Below are positions 62,363-64,000 of a DNA stretch of 64,000 nt, one piece after another. A program made the position numbers and the translations under genes. Under the pieces are notes generated by a model. It searched no databases. It was given only the letters and a program-made list of their open reading frames with translations, and was not told where the DNA came from. Source of the DNA: Blastocatellia bacterium. Its GTDB lineage: Bacteria; Acidobacteriota; Blastocatellia; Chloracidobacteriales; JADJPF01. Position 1 is the first letter of the stretch. Each line of letters starts with the position of its first letter. Location: positions 193,071 through 257,070 of the forward strand of contig JANWYG010000017.1 of the NCBI GenBank assembly GCA_025057015.1, written 5' to 3'.

Positions 62363-62923
62363 TCACTGCCCCAAAAAGTCTCTCAGCAGGTCTCTAAGAA
62401 AGAAACCAACTCGCTGATTGCTCAAAGCAGGTAATAGCTGTATCTCCTCACCGTTACGGCAACATAGTTTTAGGATATAAGCAGGTTGCTCTGGGTCAGA
62501 AGTATCGGTCTCCAAAAAGAAGTTAGCTACTTGATTGGTATGCAAACTAAGCATACCTGCAACAGGCAGGGGGCCGTGACGCACACTAAGCTGCGTGGGC
62601 GTTAGCTCAAGTACAGTGGTGTTAAGTATTCCAGCGCACATTAAATAGCCAAAAATAATGCCCACTGCCAAAAAAAATCCCGCAAGATAGCTACCCGTAC
62701 GGATGACTTCAAGCAGAAAGAAAACATTCCAACACAATGAGACAAAACCAAGTACTAAATATCGCGGAAGATACCATCGCTGAATAATCTTTATGCAAGA
62801 GTTGCTTTCTATAACTACCAACTCAGCTTTCATAGCCGAGCGGCTATCTGAAGTAAGAAGTAACCGGCAGGCTTTACAGAAATCCGAAGTTTTCTGCTCC
62901 CCACAAGCTCTACAAACTTCCAC
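62363..62923 (-). CDS. hypothetical membrane protein with N-terminal zinc ribbon
   Basis: 186 aa with CRACGEQKTSDFCKAC, then two TM helices. I recognise no family. Confidence 0.5.
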   Translation of the reverse strand: MEVCRACGEQKTSDFCKACRLLLTSDSRSAMKAELVVIESNSCIKIIQRWYLPRYLVLGFVSLCWNVFFLLEVIRTGSYLAGFFLAVGIIFGYLMCAGILNTTVLELTPTQLSVRHGPLPVAGMLSLHTNQVANFFLETDTSDPEQPAYILKLCCRNGEEIQLLPALSNQRVGFFLRDLLRDFLGQ

Positions 62924-62979
62924 AGCAATGCCCCACAGTTATTGTTAATTTTAACAGAGTTGCGCATAATGTCATAATT

Positions 62980-63792
62980 ATGACAGACGCAAATAAGGCT
63001 GCAGAAACAATATTAGAACAACTAATCAAGAAGTTAGATCCAACCGGCAAGCTGGACCTAGATAAGATAGTAAGCGAGTTTGAGGCTCAAAAGCGATCGG
63101 TACGGCTAAACTGCGTCTACGATGGCTTTTCGCAGTGGAAGCTTGAACGCTCACCGATAGAAGTTGGCCGGAGTTTCATTGTCTGCGCGTCCTGGCAGCG
63201 CGAAGAAGTACGTGATTGCGGACGCCGGATTATAATAATAGATCCTGGAGTTGCCTTCGGGTCAAATCATGATACTTCTCTGCTCTGTTCTGCAATCGTA
63301 GAGGAATACTGGCGTGGCGGTAGTTTTCTCGATGTAGGTACAGGTACAGGCTTACAGGCAATAATAGCTGCTCTGCTCAGTCCAAGCGATAGTAAGATAG
63401 ATGCCTTCGACGTGTCGATAGATGTTGTTGAACATGCCAACATAAACATAATGCTGAACGGATTAAGCGAGAGAATCGTCCTTAAACAAGGACATTTGTC
63501 GGAATATCCCAGCAACAGCTATGACTTCGTGATGGCTAATCTCCTGCCTAGCATTTTAGAAGTTCTGCGCGATGACTTAATCCGAGTGCTTAAGCCGTCG
63601 GGACTGTTGGTAGTCTCCGGCTTCGCTAACAAGCAACAGGGCGCTACATATGCGCGGTTTGATTGGGATTTAACCCATAGCGTCGGCAAAAATGCCGACG
63701 CTATACTTGAAATGTTCGCTCCGTTGGAGCTCGTAGACCGACGGGTATCAGATCCGTGGGCAGCCCTAGTACTTAGGAAGGCAAAATCATGA
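62980..63792 (+). CDS. prmA: ribosomal protein L11 methyltransferase
   Basis: 270 aa with [32 protein letters not shown] and LVVSGF. Confidence 0.78.
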   Translation: MTDANKAAETILEQLIKKLDPTGKLDLDKIVSEFEAQKRSVRLNCVYDGFSQWKLERSPIEVGRSFIVCASWQREEVRDCGRRIIIIDPGVAFGSNHDTSLLCSAIVEEYWRGGSFLDVGTGTGLQAIIAALLSPSDSKIDAFDVSIDVVEHANINIMLNGLSERIVLKQGHLSEYPSNSYDFVMANLLPSILEVLRDDLIRVLKPSGLLVVSGFANKQQGATYARFDWDLTHSVGKNADAILEMFAPLELVDRRVSDPWAALVLRKAKS

Positions 63793-64000
63793 TAGTGCCT
63801 GAAGAGCTGAAAGAACGCCTGGAAAATGCTCGAAGCATAGCCGTCTTCGCAGGTGCTGGAGTATCTACAGCAAGCGGAATACCAACGTTCAGAGGCGCCG
63901 GCCAAATGTCCTACTTTGAAGGACTCCCTCCCATCTATCTTTACAGCACGTTGTGCTTGCAACGAAATAGCTCTCTAACCTACCGATTTCTATCATACCT
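63789..64000 (+). CDS. Sir2-family NAD-dependent deacylase, N-terminal fragment (runs off window)
   Basis: ATGA overlap with the prmA stop. [21 protein letters not shown] matches the sirtuin GAGISxxSGIPxFRG motif. Downstream residues ([12 protein letters not shown]...) do not match the usual xGLW continuation, so confidence is moderate. Confidence 0.5.
   Translation, partial: MIVPEELKERLENARSIAVFAGAGVSTASGIPTFRGAGQMSYFEGLPPIYLYSTLCLQRNSSLTYRFLSY

Noticed and set aside
63519-63962. A 147-aa minus-strand ORF across the prmA/Sir2 junction.
   Set aside because: It is antisense to two motif-supported genes and encodes a Ser/Arg/Ala-rich sequence without features.

Overview
Gene-dense chromosomal segment with about 55 protein-coding genes on both strands, many joined by 0-4 nt start/stop overlaps. 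I found no rRNA or tRNA genes, CRISPR arrays, transposases, integrases or prophage remnants. Most genes are housekeeping: smpB, pepA (partial), purB-purS-purQ, glyQS, hisS-aspS, lpxC, prmC, clpB, secA, prmA and a CCA/poly(A) polymerase-family enzyme. Gene content suggests Acidobacteriota, by inference only: a VWFA-related acidobacterial-type domain protein, orphan MacB/FtsX-type permeases, several Hanks kinases with TPR tails, and a Y_Y_Y propeller histidine kinase. Leads worth a second look: (1) a tightly coupled minus-strand operon (26875-34789) encoding a zinc-ribbon, non-RD Hanks kinase with an unrecognised C-terminal domain, a 1037-aa protein with no motif I recognise, a GT-C (ArnT/PMT-like) membrane glycosyltransferase and an acidic TPR protein. 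It is preceded by an unusually long (~730 bp), AT-rich, strand-asymmetric non-coding region. (2) A DUF692/MNIO-type enzyme translationally coupled to a DUF2063-like partner (42780-44527) with no room for a conventional precursor-peptide gene. (3) One 618-aa polypeptide fusing a JAMM protease, a ThiS/MoaD-like carrier with an internal Gly-Gly, an E1 adenylyltransferase and a rhodanese, coupled to cysM and followed by a paralogous rhodanese. (4) An overlapping four-gene unit: crotonase, VWA protein, sigma-54 response regulator, Rieske protein. All protein family calls are by-eye motif recognition. No database search was run.
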